Assembly (NCBI RefSeq): GCF_009914755.1
Contig: NC_060939.1
Length of the DNA stretch: 64,000 bases
Strand: one strand, 5' to 3'
Origin: the human T2T-CHM13v2.0 reference genome, Homo sapiens
Shown here piece after piece: positions 15,903-30,443 of the stretch. Each line of letters starts with the position of its first letter. Within the stretch, counting starts at the first letter, position 1. Under the pieces are notes generated by a model that saw only the letters and a program-made list of their open reading frames with translations, was not told the origin of the DNA and searched no databases. The translations under genes were made by a program, and so were the position numbers.

Positions 15903-17984
15903 GTCATGGGTATGGGTAGAGTATAGAATCAATCTTCTTGCTCAGAATCTGCTTGAGAGTATACAACAAATTTAGTATACCATGTTTCCACCTCACCCTC
16001 AACCCAACAGACATTAATTTTGATTGCTGGTCTATTCTCCTTAGGACCAGTTCTATTTTTTCTAGTATGAAATGATCTGCTAATCTTAGAACACCAGGGT
16101 ATGATTTGGCCATCTAAAGCTATTATAACAAAGAGCAGAATAATCATTTTAGATAGACAGAAGAAAGAACTAGGTAAAGACAGAGAGACAAGAAATAAAA
16201 AAGACCAAAATATTCATGTGTAAAAACGTGAAGAAAAAAAATAAGACCATCAATGTAGGCAGAAGATTTTAATGACAGTCTAGGACTCTATTTTATTATT
16301 TTGGTTTGTTGGTAATATTGAATTATACCCTGGATATTTAATTTATAATCTATAAGCAACAACCCTCAGGAACCAGAGACTGAAAAAAATGGTAGTAACC
16401 TCAGAATCACTGGTAGAGATTGGTACAGTTTGTCCTAAATGAAAGACTACACTAAAGTTTCATTTATTTTTCCATCTCACTGGGTCTCAAATTCTCCCTG
16501 CTTACCAGATATCAAAGGCAGAAGTCCAAATTGCCAGAAACCACTTGCAATTACATACCAGGAGCAAATATATTAAGTCTATTTTGAAAAGGAAGAACTA
16601 TTTTACAGTTCCTAAAGATCGGTTTGAGATATTAATGTCTATGGTAGGATGAGAGAATCTAGGGGCTAAAATCCCGGTCACATTTCAAAAGTTTAAAGAA
16701 GGAAACAAGCCCAAAATGAACTCAATAGATCAGTTTGTTTTTTTTTTTTAATCTTGCTAAATTAATGAAATGAAGTCTCCCAACAATTTTGAACACATAA
16801 GAGCTACAGAGTTATAATTTAGGATTATGACCAGAGCCAATAATTCCTCCAAGTAAGTTCAAAATTTCACAGGAAAATAATGGAATGAACCCTTATATAT
16901 CTTCAATGGTCACAGGTTCAATGACAGTAAGTATCTCTTAACAGAAATAATATTTTAAAATATAAGATTTATAGAAAAAGGCTGCCATTCTGTTCCTAAG
17001 AGTTTACTTACTGCTTACATTTATGAAAGATAATTAATGACTTACTGGTTTGAGAATAGCAGAATAAAGTGCTATTTCACCTTGAGAATAGGTCCAGATT
17101 CTCTTCTGATACAGCATTTCACAAAAAAAATCCCATAATGCAATATATACATGATATTAGTGGTTTAATTGATTATGAAATCAGTTGACTATAGTCCCTG
17201 TAAAAAATGTGGATTCAGTGTCTACATTTCTAATTCCCTTATTCTGTAATTGCTTTGGTGCTATAAACCATGTTTTATTCATGTTTCCAACACCTGACAC
17301 AGAATCTTGCACACATAAAAAGTAGGGTGTCAATGTTCAGTGACAAAGAATATATGGGAAGGTTATCTATATCATACTGTGAATGAGCCATGTAGTTACT
17401 ACTGGTGCTAAGTATAAAGCTCATTAAATTAGGGGGATTTAATAAAGTATAATACACACATTAACATCTGTGAAACACATTTTACATATTTCTAACATCT
17501 TCAAAACAAAGATATTTTCAACTCGATTTCACAGAAAAAGAAACTGAAGTAACTGTACCTTAAATAAAGTTAGTGAGGCAGCTGGGTCCTTTAACTCTAA
17601 TATTTTGACTGTCAATGTCTTTCCCATTGTACTTTGCTTAGAACAAACATGGATGTCACTCAGAGAACTAAATCAACTTTTAAAATCTCTTGAAATTGTG
17701 GCTTTTAGGATATTTGATTCAACAATAAAATAGGCAACCAGTTAAGTAGCCTAGTTTAGCAAACTTGAGTTATTATGTATTTACCACAGATTCTTACACT
17801 CTCAAGATCTGTTAGAGGAAATTATCATTCTATTCTCAACTTTTTGTCAAGAAAAAGAAACTTACAAAACTCAAACCTTTACTTCTATTTTGTTATAATT
17901 CATCCATCCAGGTAGATATACAAGAAAACAGAGGAGGGGAGAAATGGAGGTAAGGGAGAAACAGAAAAGAACAATTTCATGACT

Positions 17985-18280
17985 GAGTTTGACTTTGCCT
18001 GTTTCATGTCTTCACTCAAATGTCATCTCTCAGTAAGGCCTCACTAAATTAAAAATGGCAGCCTTCCAACATCTACCCCATACTCCTTTATCACCCTTCT
18101 CTGATTCATATTTCTCCATAGTATTGATCATCATCTAACATATTATATGTTTTATTTACTTTTATTGTCTTTCACAAATATAATGTAAGTTCCATAAGAG
18201 CAGAGATTAGTCTATATTTCTAGAAACTAGGACAATGCCAGGCACAAAGTAGATGCTCAATAAATATTCGCTGAATAAAT
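17985..18280 (+). mobile_element. L2 LINE 3' end
   Basis: aatgtaagttccataagagcagaga...gccaggcacaaagtagatgctcaataaatattcgctgaataaat. Confidence 0.75.
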
Positions 18281-18708
18281 ACATGATGCCCAAAGAGGCA
18301 AAGTGTTTTGCCAAAATGTGACAAAAACAGGGCAAGAATCTGAGCCTCTGTAGTTTAATAATTATTTTTCTAAGAATGATGATGGACTCAAACTGAACCA
18401 ATCACATATTTTATTCAACAGTAACCAAAAAGCACATATGCATGAAATGGCTATCTGACCAGATGAATAAACTAGAATAAAATGATGGTAAGGAGGGATT
18501 AGACTCAAACTAAAACTCATTAGCACTAAACTGAAAATTCAACTAATTGCTTACAATAAGCAAACTTTGTACTGACTGCCAAGTGTTTTATTTGAACCTT
18601 TTTTTAAAAATGAATTTACTGGGAAAGAACTTTAAGAATTCATACTTTAAGAAAATGAATTTGATACATACTATAAAAAAAAAGTCTATGTAAGACCACA
18701 AAGCAGTA

Positions 18709-18992
18709 CAGTCATTCCCTGGTATTGGTAGGGGATTGGTTACAGAACCTGCCCCCACCCCACAGGTCGCCCCTACCTCCCCAAACCTCCACCAGGAATA
18801 ACAAAATCCTCAGATGCTCAGATCACTTATACAATGTAAATGCTATGTAAATAGTTGTTATATTGTATTGTTTTTTATTTGTATTTTTTATTGTTATATT
18901 GTTATTTGTTATTGTTTTTCCCCCCAAATATTTTCAATCCATGGTTGGCTGAATCTGCAGACACAAAACCCAAGGATATGAAGGATTGACTG
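18709..18992. mobile_element. MER2 (Tigger-family MITE)
   Basis: TA|cagtcattccct...aaggattgactg|TA: TIRs with TA duplication; internal aatgtaaatgctatgtaaatagttgttata. Confidence 0.8.
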
Positions 18993-20451
18993 TACTCCTA
19001 CATTACTATATTAACAATGTGGTTTATCCTGCTTTTGACCTATGACCAAGGTAAGGTGAATATCTGTAAATGAACTAATGTTAAAAATGGAAAAAGTTAT
19101 TGTTTCTGGATAAACTTTTAAAAACTGGGTAGAGAGAGGAGATAACAAAAATTCCTAGAGACAAATAAGAAAAAAAAAAAAACAACTAGTATTATCACTA
19201 AGTCCACTACTAAGAAACAAACTACTTGCGGAGATTTTGGAAAACCTTTCACTTAAAATATAAATTAGTTTGGAAATTCAGAACTATTAGATTCAACTCT
19301 TTTGATAATTAATTGCAAGAAACACGTCATATAATAGGTGGTCATCTAAACCGGCTTTAACTGGTCATCTAAACCGGCCTGCCTATCCTTATGGCTATTA
19401 AGATCACAAAAGGCATTTTGCTAGTCTTTAAAATTTAAGAAATTAGTATAGTAACCTTTTCATTGTGCTGCAAGAAAAAAATGCAAGGTATACTAACTAG
19501 ATATAGCACTGTCTGCAGCCAAGTAACAAGGCTTCCATATAACAATGAGAGCAATGTTCCTATTTATAAGATAAAATCTACACCCTTTATTCATTAGCAA
19601 ATAATTCCTGAGGCACTTAAACAATATAATTTTTATTAAAAGGATAATAGTATAAAAAGTTTAGATCTATATTCAATGTAACTAAAATAAACACATGACA
19701 AATTTAAAATATATAAAGGAAAGAAATACATGCATTACTGGTCACCATATGTATGTTTTTTAACATGTTACCTTTACCCAAAGGAGCTACATTAATGGCT
19801 AAGTAGACATTACATCTTAGACGCACAAATACGTAACTTTAAAACTGGCTCTTAAGGTCTGCAAGTAGTATTGCCAATTCTTTACACCTAAGAACTCACA
19901 ATTAAGGTAATATTAATAATAATCCCAATAGGACAGAGTATCTAATAAAGTTTAATGGGCTTAGTAACAGCCAAATTTAAAATCTACAAATAGGCAGCTA
20001 CACAAAATCTGTAGAGAATTCTAAGAAATCTCTTGGAGTTCTTAAAACAAACACTAAACAAATTTTAAATAATATAATATAAAAATAGACATCATAAAAT
20101 AGACATTAATAAATTTTGAGAACATAAAACCAAGCTATTAAATTAATTTTTAAAAAATCAAAATGCAAGAATCGGTATTGTTAAAAAATTACAGAATTAA
20201 TACTGGTTAATAGATTTTATATGTCAGTAAAAATAACTGCAATTTTGGAACTTAATTGTGGAGACCTGTTGTTCCAAGGATATGAAAGTAGCCATGGTTT
20301 CCTAACAACTAGAGTTTTTATATTCCTTGGACTGCATTCATGCTAGAGAAAGATTTAAAGGCAGCAGCCAAAATGACTAAACTTCAACTTGGATGCTGAA
20401 GCAGTGGTTTGATGGGCTTTTCTTGGTCATAACTGACTCATAAGCTTAAGA

Positions 20452-20728
20452 TCATAAGCCAAAGCCCCCAGTGGGAAGTATGCTCAATTTGGTGGGCCTT
20501 AAAGCCATCTCTGGCCAAACAACATCAGCCTTATGGGAGGCCAGCCATGTAGAAAGGGAGTCTCCCCAAGATCTGATTTCTTGAGGCCACAACCTAAGAG
20601 CAGGTCCCACAGTCAAATTATTCACATTCCTTGGAAAGAGAGAACAGGCATCAGTTGTGTCCATCGAAGGGGGACACTGTCCAGGTATACCCTGGATATT
20701 TTTTGAAATCTCTGGGCTGCTTCTGCAT
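20452..20728 (-). CDS. ZNF280D: Candidate alternative terminal coding exon of ZNF280D (E-CRSSPEISKNIQGIPGQC...PTGGFGL*)
   Basis: Strong acceptor tatttttcttatttttcag|ATGC; in frame with the phase-2 donor at 21327; 91 codons then TGA; downstream AATAAA at 19632-19637 and 19586-19591. Confidence 0.5.
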
Positions 20729-21326
20729 CTGAAAAATAAGAAAAATAGCACAATGACAGACAACGAATGAGAAAAAGACAATTATCTGGCCTAAAACTTA
20801 AGACGTATAAGAAATTAAGAAAGCAGACAAACAGACAAAAGACAAACAGCCATATAATTTGGAATCTATTATTCTGAAGGCAAGTACAGCAGAGAAAAAC
20901 AAAAATTATTGTAAGCAAAGAAAAGACCATAGCAACAAATGTTATTTTTAGACAGCGCAAACTGGAGAAAAAAAAATATGTTAAGATATGTCAACCTGAC
21001 ACAAAGATAAGGTGGAATAAGAATCTAGTCCCATTTGAAAGCTGAAAAGAGCTGAATAATGAGAGCTAGTGTCATGAACTTGGCTGCTCAACTGCCTTTG
21101 TGTAAGAAAACATCTCAGAACTTTGAACTTAGGAAATTCCAACTTGTCTTGCACCAGGTCACGAGCTCCATAGAGCAGGAACCTATTTCAACAAGCAGCT
21201 TTAAAAAAAAAACAAAAAAACAACAAAATACTTTAATACTTTTCATTCGTATTAATGATACATTTAAAAATGCAATAGTGCTAAAATCCATCAAAGTAAA
21301 ATGCACTGAATAAAAATTAAACTTAC

Positions 21327-21363
21327 TCAGAAAGGTGCTCAGAAGTTGGGATACAAACAGAAA
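21327..21363 (-). CDS. ZNF280D: ZNF280D coding exon 13/15 (VSVCIPTSEHLSE)
   Basis: tttcag|TTTCT acceptor, GA|gtaagt donor; 37 nt, phase 1->2. Confidence 0.9.
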
Positions 21364-21513
21364 CTGAAATTAGAAGAAAAGTTTTACATTTACAACAGCA
21401 TATGAAATATGATGAGTGAGAATAATGATTTAGTAAAGAGACCATATTGTGGATGACCAAAAATACTGGAATAAAAGTCAAAAATCTAAAGTAGCACAGT
21501 TACATATACGTAC

Positions 21514-21632
21514 CTTTCTGCATTACAACTTGGCAAGTATGAGTTTTATGTTGACTTAAGTGTGTAGCCATATTATCTAAGCCAGAAACATCACTTAGGA
21601 AATCACAATTAAGGCACACTAGAGTAATGCCC
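21514..21632 (-). CDS. ZNF280D: ZNF280D coding exon 12/15 (GITLVCLNCDFLSDVSGLDNMATHLSQHKTHTCQVVMQK)
   Basis: ttttag|GGGC acceptor, AAAG|gtacgt donor; 119 nt, phase 2->1. Confidence 0.93.
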
Positions 21633-22354
21633 CTAAAAAAAAAAGCATTAAAAAAAGATTTTTATCTTTTATGAAAATCCACTTATAAGTTTGATGATTA
21701 TTTTTCCATAATTTGCTTTTTGTGCCATACATAACTATAACTTCCCATTTTTGTTATATAAATTTGACATAAACTGACATTATTCTCTGGTAAATGACAT
21801 AGCCATGTCCAAATTATGCTACCATTTATTTACAGAAAGTATTTATTTTACACTTTTACCTGTCATACCAATTGTTAAAAGTTAGGAGTCAGAAGACCTA
21901 GAGTCAGTCTTGGCTCCACAACCAACTTGTGTAACTTAGGCAAGTCACATTCTATTTGTCCTCCCACGCATCTGCAAAGTGAACATAGCGTATTCATTCA
22001 CTTGATATTTACTGGAGCTATTTTTATATATACTGTACTACTAGGTATTGTGAATATAATGGTGAACAAGAAATAGTACTGTCTATGCTCGAATGGAGCT
22101 TACTTAGAATCTGGTGTTTTATTCAGTTGGAGATAAAATCAGAAGAAAAATGGGAAGGCTTTAAAAACAGATCACGTTTTAGCCACCATCGATTGTACAT
22201 TATGTGTCAAGAGTTTTCCCATTTATTATTTCATCTGATTCTCACTACAACCATCAAGGTTGGTATTATTCTTACTTAACACTGAACTAGCTAAAGTAGT
22301 TAATAAAATACTAAAATCTGCAAACTTGAGTTCCTCATCATCTCAGCACTGTGA

Positions 22355-22648
<294 letters not shown>

Positions 22649-24784
22649 TAAATGAAATGTGTAATTATTATAAATGTTTAAAGAGGTTAGGAAACAATTC
22701 CCTAGTTATCAATACTTTATTTTTGAGTACAGGAAGAGTTTTTGTCCTCACTGGATCTAACTGTTTAGCATTTGCTATTTGAAGTATTTGAATACACTTG
22801 ACATAAAGTACATTAAGATTCTAACTTAAAATGCATTTAGACTTGTGTGATTTTTAGCTGAAAGGTGTTTTAAAATATTAAGCCTGTAAAAATACTAAAA
22901 TGCTTCAGATAACTTAGCCACTATATATTTAATTTCTTATAAGAGTTAAGCACTTGGGAGTTGGTTACACCAAGCATTTGAAGTGCTATTTAAAAGAAAA
23001 TCAATTATATTAAATGTACAAATGATGTTAAGTTGCCTAAAGTAATTTGAATTGTAAACAGAACTCTTGAAAAAAATTTAGTCTATTGAACTAGAATGCC
23101 CCGTGCCTCTTCTACCAGTAGAAACAATACCCATCCTTTAAAGCCAAGTAGGCCTAATACCTATCCAGATCACTACAAGAACTGTAATATTTTTCCTCTC
23201 TGAAATAAGTCTCATTGCACTTATTAAAACGCATAGTTATTTATGTTCACACCTTAACTCCCACCCAATAAACTGTACTGTACATTCCCTGAAGGCTGGT
23301 TCCAACACTGCTTCATCACTGTCATCTTTACAGGACCTGCTACTTTATGTGCAAGACAGATACGTAATAAATAGTTACGGAATGAATAGTCTATTTCAAT
23401 AAGAATAATTACATTAATCATTGTCATATAGAATTATAACTATGCTAAGCTCTATTCACAGAAATTGAACAATTTTCAATTTGAGACTAGCCAGGTTTAG
23501 TGAAAAAACATCCCAGATCTTTAAAACCACATAGTTCATTGAGAAACTAAACACACAACTGAGCTTGACCACAATGAGGTAAAAATTGAATTAAACTCTC
23601 ATTCTTAGAATGCAATAAAACCATATTCACTCTTGTAACTGTTTTTAGTAAAGGTAACATCTAATGTAGCTTAATTATTTCCCTAGATTCAGTAAATATT
23701 TTAAAAGTAGTACTAACATTTTAAAAATTGAATGATATTTTCTCTCCCTGTGAGCTACTAGTCTAACATCACAGATGGGACCTATTTTCCACGTACATCA
23801 TTTTCAATATATACATTAATTTATTCAACAAATATTTACTGAGTGCCTACTATGTGCCAGGCACAGACAAAAAAACCAAACCACACACAATATAGTGAGA
23901 GAACATAGGCAATAAGCAAGTAAAATAAAAGTATGTTAGATGATCTAGAGAAAAGTAAAACATAAACAGGAGATAGGGAATGCTGGGATAAAGCAAAGGG
24001 AAGAGGATACAGTTTTAAATTTTGTAGTCAAGGAAAGACTCACTCAATCAAAGTAGAGGCCTAAAGGAGACAAAAGAGCTAACCATACAATATCTGGGGG
24101 AAAGCAAACTAGGCATAGGAAATAATAAATGCAAAGGTCTTGAGACATACCATCCCCTCTTCTACATTTTCCACTAATCAAAAGCATCAAAATAAGTATT
24201 CGCTAAACTTATCTCTACAGATCAGCTTGGTGGAACAAAGACACTGACATTTCAAGGAGCAATGGCAACATAAAATAAACAAAGAAAGTTCAAGAAATCA
24301 GAAGAATATGAAACAATAGCGCTCAGTGGATTCTAAGTGTGTGGTATAACCAAAGATAACTATCAATGCCTTTAGAAAATTTTATCAACAGTTCTTTCAG
24401 TATAGTAAAATTGTATAATTCTCTTTATTTTCAAAAGAAAATATTAGAATTATAAAAATCATATACTGATTTCAAGAATTCCAGTGGTTAAAGGAAATTT
24501 ACTTCAAAACTAAAAAAGTGTTCATTCCTTTAAGAGATAGCTTAGCTATCTTTTTAATATTCAAATATTGTTGGCGAGCCTTATTTTTGTTCTCATTTTA
24601 CAATGCAAACGCATCAAGGTTTCCTCTGGACACCACCTTTCCACTGAAATAAATTCAGCAAGAGAACAATGGCTAATCATACTTCTGGTCTAAGAATACA
24701 ATGAACACAACTCTCTAATGTCCAGTAGCAATCATTTATATTTTCAAATTAGGTACCCTAATATCAGGTTTAAAAAAAGTTATA

Positions 24785-25485
24785 GCAAACCACAATGAGA
24801 TACCACTTTATACCCATTAGGGTGACTATAATCAAAAAGAGATAATAAAAAGTGTTGGCAAATATGTGGAGAAATTGGAACCCTCAAACACTGCTGGTGG
24901 GAATGTAAAATAGTGGAGCTACTTTGGAAAACAGTCTGGTGCTTCCTCAAACGCTCAGCATGGAGTTATCAAACAGACCAGCAATTCCAATCATAAGTAT
25001 ATACTAAAGAGAAATAAAAATACATGTCCATACAAAAACATGCACACACATGTTCACAGTAGTATTATTCATAAGGGCCTCAAAATGAAAACAATCTAAA
25101 TAAATAAACTATGATGTACCTTTACAATGGGTTTTGCAGCAATTTTTAACAATGAAATATTGATACATGCTACAACATAGATGAATTTTGAAAACATTAT
25201 GCTAAATGAAAGAAGCCACAGAGGACCACATCATGTATCATTTTTTATATGAAATGTCCAGAATGGGCAAATATTACACAGACAGAAAGTAGACTAGTTG
25301 TTGTTCAGGGATGGGAAGAGCTGGAGAGAAATGGGAATGACCACTAATGGGTACAGGGTTTCTTTCTGGAGTGATAAAAATGTACCAAAACTAACTGGTG
25401 ATTGCTGCACAACTCTGTGAATATCCTAAAACCTATAAACACATAAATTGTATGGTATGCTAATTCTACCTCAATAAAGCTGTTG
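24785..25485 (+). mobile_element. Old L1 (L1M) 3' end
   Basis: cacaatgagataccactttatacccattagg...gtggagaaattggaaccctc...gctaaatgaaagaagcca...tacctcaataaagctg. Confidence 0.85.
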
Positions 25486-25551
25486 TGTTAAAAAAAATTT
25501 AAGTCATTACAATTTTTCAATAGAAAGAGTAAAAAAAGATCAACTAGTTAC

Positions 25552-25614
25552 CGGAGATTTTCTGAATGCTTCTTAAAAATACAAAACCTTTTGCTTGGAC
25601 GGTTACTATGAAAG
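25552..25614 (-). CDS. ZNF280D: ZNF280D coding exon 11/15 (SFHSNRPSKRFCIFKKHSENLR)
   Basis: ctccag|CTTT acceptor, CG|gtaact donor; 63 nt, phase 2->2. Confidence 0.92.
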
Positions 25615-26153
25615 CTGGAGAAACAAAAGAGATAGTAAAAATTTTATTATACAATAAGTCACATTAATTTATAACTATATTTCAAGTCCATACTTAAGTT
25701 TCTAGTTTGTAATAAAAGATTATAATGTAAATAATAAAATAATGCCTGTCACTTCCATTTAATTCAATATTTTATCTGATATTCCATTTTACCTATTATA
25801 TTCTAATGACACTATTTTCCTAGGCATATTCTTAGATGGTTAGCACTGTACCTTACCATTATATTAAAAAAGGAAATACTGAGAATTAAGAAAATGTAAA
25901 GAACATCAAATTACATATTTTGATTTACTGAGTTGAAAACAATTCTAAATTTTTGTTAATAACACGTGTGCTACAATATGAAGTTATTAATAGTAATTCT
26001 TTTTTATTACTCTCCAATTTTAACATGTTTGTGTAGGGGGAGTGGGGTAGGATCCAAATGATCTGGGAAGTAAACAGAACTTGAGCTAAATGCCACTGTT
26101 TACCATCTGTAAATTCAAACATTTACAGTGTTCCTTGTAATTACTAGTAGACT

Positions 26154-26280
26154 TTTTTTCTTCTTAAGAGATGGATCTCACTATGTTGCCCAGTTGGAAT
26201 CAAACTCCTGGGCTCAAGTGATCTTTCTGCCTCAGTCTCCTGGGTAGCTGAAACTACAGAGGGAGGCCACCGAGCCTGGC
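26154..26280 (-). mobile_element. Alu monomer (FLAM/FAM-like)
   Basis: gagatggatctcactatgttgccc...ctcctgggctcaagtgatc...ccaccgagcctggc; flanked by ctagtaga repeats. Confidence 0.8.
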
Positions 26281-26498
26281 TTTCTAGTAGAGTGTTTTTT
26301 ATTAAAAAAAAAAAAAAAAAAAAAAAAGGAACTCATGAGTTAAAACAATGTTTCCTCTAAGCACAGAAAAGAAAACTAACCCAATTTTGTAGCCCATGAT
26401 AATAGCTTCTATATACCCTTTTTAATTCCAGTAAGGAAAGTTTCCTGTACTAGAAAGCCAGTATTAGACCAAAAGTGTAAATATCACCTAACAGCTTA

Positions 26499-26808
26499 CA
26501 GTTGTCCCTCCTCACCACCGTTAACCACATTTCACTTTCTGTGGCTTCTGTTACACACATACAGCACAATAACATATTTTAAGAGAGACAGACTACGTTC
26601 ATATAATTTTTATTACAGTATATTGTTATTATAATTGTTCTATTGTTAATTATCTTACTGTGTGTAATTTATAAATAAACCTTTATTATACATAGTATGT
26701 ATAGGAAAAAAAAAGTATAGTACACATAGAGCGTAATACTATCCACAGTTTCAGGCGTTCACTGGGGGGTCTTGGAATATATACCCCAGCAGATAAGGGG
26801 GACTACTG
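26499..26808. mobile_element. MER44-like Tigger MITE
   Basis: TA|cagttgtccctc ... gataagggggactactg|TA; typical MER44 internal sequence. Confidence 0.8.
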
Positions 26809-29674
26809 TATTTCAAAATGTAGTCTTCCCCCACCAACAACCCCATCCCCCGTGACAACCCCTCAACCTACAAAGGGCAGAGGAGCTCAGGAATTTGCTT
26901 TAACAAGCATTTTCAGTGATTCACACACACGCTAAAGTTTAAGAAACGGCAGCCAACACACCTGGGTCAATGCTTACTCTCAGATACAAGGTAATTGTCC
27001 CCAGCACCACATGTATGTATAGGAAAAAAAAGGAAAAAAAAATATATATATATATACATATATTCCTACCCAACTATCTGCAGCTTTCCTTCATGCAATC
27101 ACAGACTCTGTATGTGTCACTAGCTATAATCCCCAGAAAATATCCTCAGATTTCTAATAGTCATTTCTTCAACCTAGGAGTAATTACTATTAGAGTTTAC
27201 AAATTTAAGATGGTATCACAAAAACAAAGTTTTGTTAGAAGAGTACATTGGGAAGTTGGGAAGCCCTGAAATTATATGCAAAAACTTGTATACACAACTA
27301 TATTTCCTCAGAGAAATAAGTCCAAGATTTTGTTTGATTACTAAAACATGTGAACCAAAATAAGTTATTTTTAAACGAGATTTAAAAGCTCTTTATTCTT
27401 TCTCTTCAAACAAGCAGGCTATTTATGGTTTATTTATCTATTAAATATAAGAGGAGAGAAAATCTTATAGTATAGGGTCTTTTGATAGCCTCTGCATTTG
27501 TCTACAACTTATACCATATCATAATGTTGACCATTTTAAATTTTTGGTTACCTGAATTGTTTTAGAGTTTCTCATCTATAAAAAGGGATTTCTACCACCT
27601 GCTTGATTTCTCTGTATTTAATTCCATACTTATAGTTTTGTGTATCACAGGAAGGGAAAAGTGAATTCACAGCTCACACATAAAAAGGAAAAAAAAATAC
27701 TACCCTTCTTCCTATTAGCTCTCCATAAAGGTAATAGCAATATAGAAATAAATCTAAGAAAGGTTTTTTATTACAATATAGTAAAAATATAATGTTAAAA
27801 CCTAATTTTTTAAAAAAATCCCTTACTTGATTAGCTGACAGTATATAATTATCAAAACTCATTAAGCAATTCTCTAAAAATAGGTGAATTTTATTGTGTA
27901 TAAATTATACCTCAAGAAAACTGAGGTCAAAAACCTCCTCTAATCATATTTTCTTCATAATCTTGATTCCACATAAGTAACAACCTTACTTTCTAAGAAA
28001 CATAAAAGGAACAATTTCCTTAAAAATTTTAAGACATTAGACTAGAGGCCGATGATACAACAACAAAGGCAAGCTGCCTGCCCTAGAGTTTATGGTTGCT
28101 TGGGGGGAGTGTTTGGGGGAGAAAGGGGATGGCACAGAATGAATGCCCAAAAAATATTTGCTAAATCAATGAATACATATTCATAAATAATTAACACAAG
28201 ATAAAAGTCAATAGTGACACATACAGAGTTTGTGGTTGCATGAAGGAAAGCTGCAAGACAGATGGGGTAGAAGCCAGCTAACAATTAGGAGTTCACTGCA
28301 GTTAGAAGACTCTTACTGCTTCACTTCCAGGCAAAGCAAAGAGTAACTGTGAAGATATAGAAGAATTTTCAAGAGAATAAAAGGAGTTGAAGGAGTTGAA
28401 AAGTAGTTAGGAATCTGATATGGAAAGGTGTTATATTTTCCAGAAAATCTGAAGTTCATTCTATCAATGTTAGGAAAGGATTTTAGGCCAAAGAATGACC
28501 TGACCAGATTTGCCTACAGCAAAAGAAAGGATGAACTGGAAAAAAGGGGGAAAACTGTAGGCAGAAGACATAATAGTCTAACTAGTCCTATGATTATCAT
28601 TTAGTGTCAATAAATTTCTGTAAAATTTATAATGAAGTCAAGCAGACCTTTTTAAAATTCAGTACTCTGTCGTACCTACTGTGTAAGAAACAAATTTTTA
28701 TACTAGCTTTCTTTTTCCTTGGAAATTTTAAAAATCATCCCTCAAAGCCTAAGTGAAATTTACAGAAAATCTTCCCTTATTTCTTGTTTAAAGATTTCAT
28801 CTTTACCTCCTCCGTACTTTCATAGTCATTTGTTTATCACAATAACCTAGGTAAATTTATTTCCCCTTCTAAATTGTGAAAATTACAGTCAGGAACTCCC
28901 CCAATCCTAATAATGACAACTTAGAAATTAATAGCTATCATTACTTGAATATCTCTTAAGTGCAAATTGTTATTAAGCACTTTAATACAGTTTTTCTAAA
29001 AGTCACAATAACTTTCTTTTCAAGAAATGCAATCTGAGAGTCAGATTAAGTAATTTGTTCAAAGTTCCACATGTATACAGTGAAGGTTGGATTCAAATCC
29101 AGACTTGTTTGATTCTTCACCCCCAGCTTGCCATACTTCTTAGCAAATTGTATTAAATACCTTCCTAGTAGGTACATAATAAAATACATGAACCTGGTTG
29201 AAATAATAAAACTCTGCTACAAAAAAGAGATACTGCTTATGTATGTTAACTTAATTCTCTTTTATGTAAAGAAAAATGCTTCTTATACATCATTTTGAGG
29301 AATAATAGCAAGATTATAGAGCAATTTATGTGCATTTTTTTTCAGATAATTTCTATTACTACCTAAAAGCTATAAGCCAATAAGGTACAATAATTTAAAG
29401 AACTGAACCTAAAAAATGCTGCTTAAAAAAAATTAAAAATTACACATTTAATGATGCTTTTCTTTGAAAAGATCTTACTCCAACAATACTCCAACTGCTT
29501 CAAGATTTTTGAACACCTTCTTCTGAGATTTTATTTAGGACCTTTTATAATTAAAACAAATAATGACTATCACCTGCAGTTTGTAATGTGCTAGGTGATA
29601 TGATAAATACAAAGACCCCCTTCTTCTCAAGAAGATAATACAAACACAAATAAATACAATAAAAGGCAAAATAG

Positions 29675-29979
<305 letters not shown>

Positions 29980-30128
29980 GGCAAAATAGATGAATAGTAC
30001 ACAATTCAAAGAAAGTAACGGCTGTGGTGATCAGACACTTGAAAAAAGAAGGTAAACTGAGAGGAAGGAACAGGGTATTCTGGGAACTAACAAGGAATAC
30101 CGAATAGTCACTGTAGAAAACAAACATG

Positions 30129-30412
30129 GGGCCAGGTGCAGAGGGGGTGCTCAGCTATAATCATTGCACTTTAAGAGGCTAGAGTAGGCAGATCACTTAA
30201 GCCCAGGAGCCCATGACCAGCCTGGGCAAAATGGAAAAAATCCCATCCCTACAAAAAAAAAAAATTATCTGAGCATGGTAGTGCATGCCTGTAAGTCCCA
30301 GCTACTCAAGACGCTGAGGTGGGAGGATCACCTGAGCCCAGAAGGTTGAGGCTGTAGTGAACTGTGATGGAGCCACTGCACTCCAGCCTGGGTTGGAGTG
30401 AGACCCTTTCTC

Positions 30413-30431
<19 letters not shown>
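30129..30431 (+). mobile_element. Alu (AluJ-like)
   Basis: Diverged dimeric Alu with long A tail. Confidence 0.9.

Positions 30432-30443
<12 letters not shown>

Noticed and set aside
26304-26327. Orphan A24 tract as a processed-pseudogene tail
   Set aside because: No upstream retrocopy body or TSD is visible; it is most likely a simple homopolymer.
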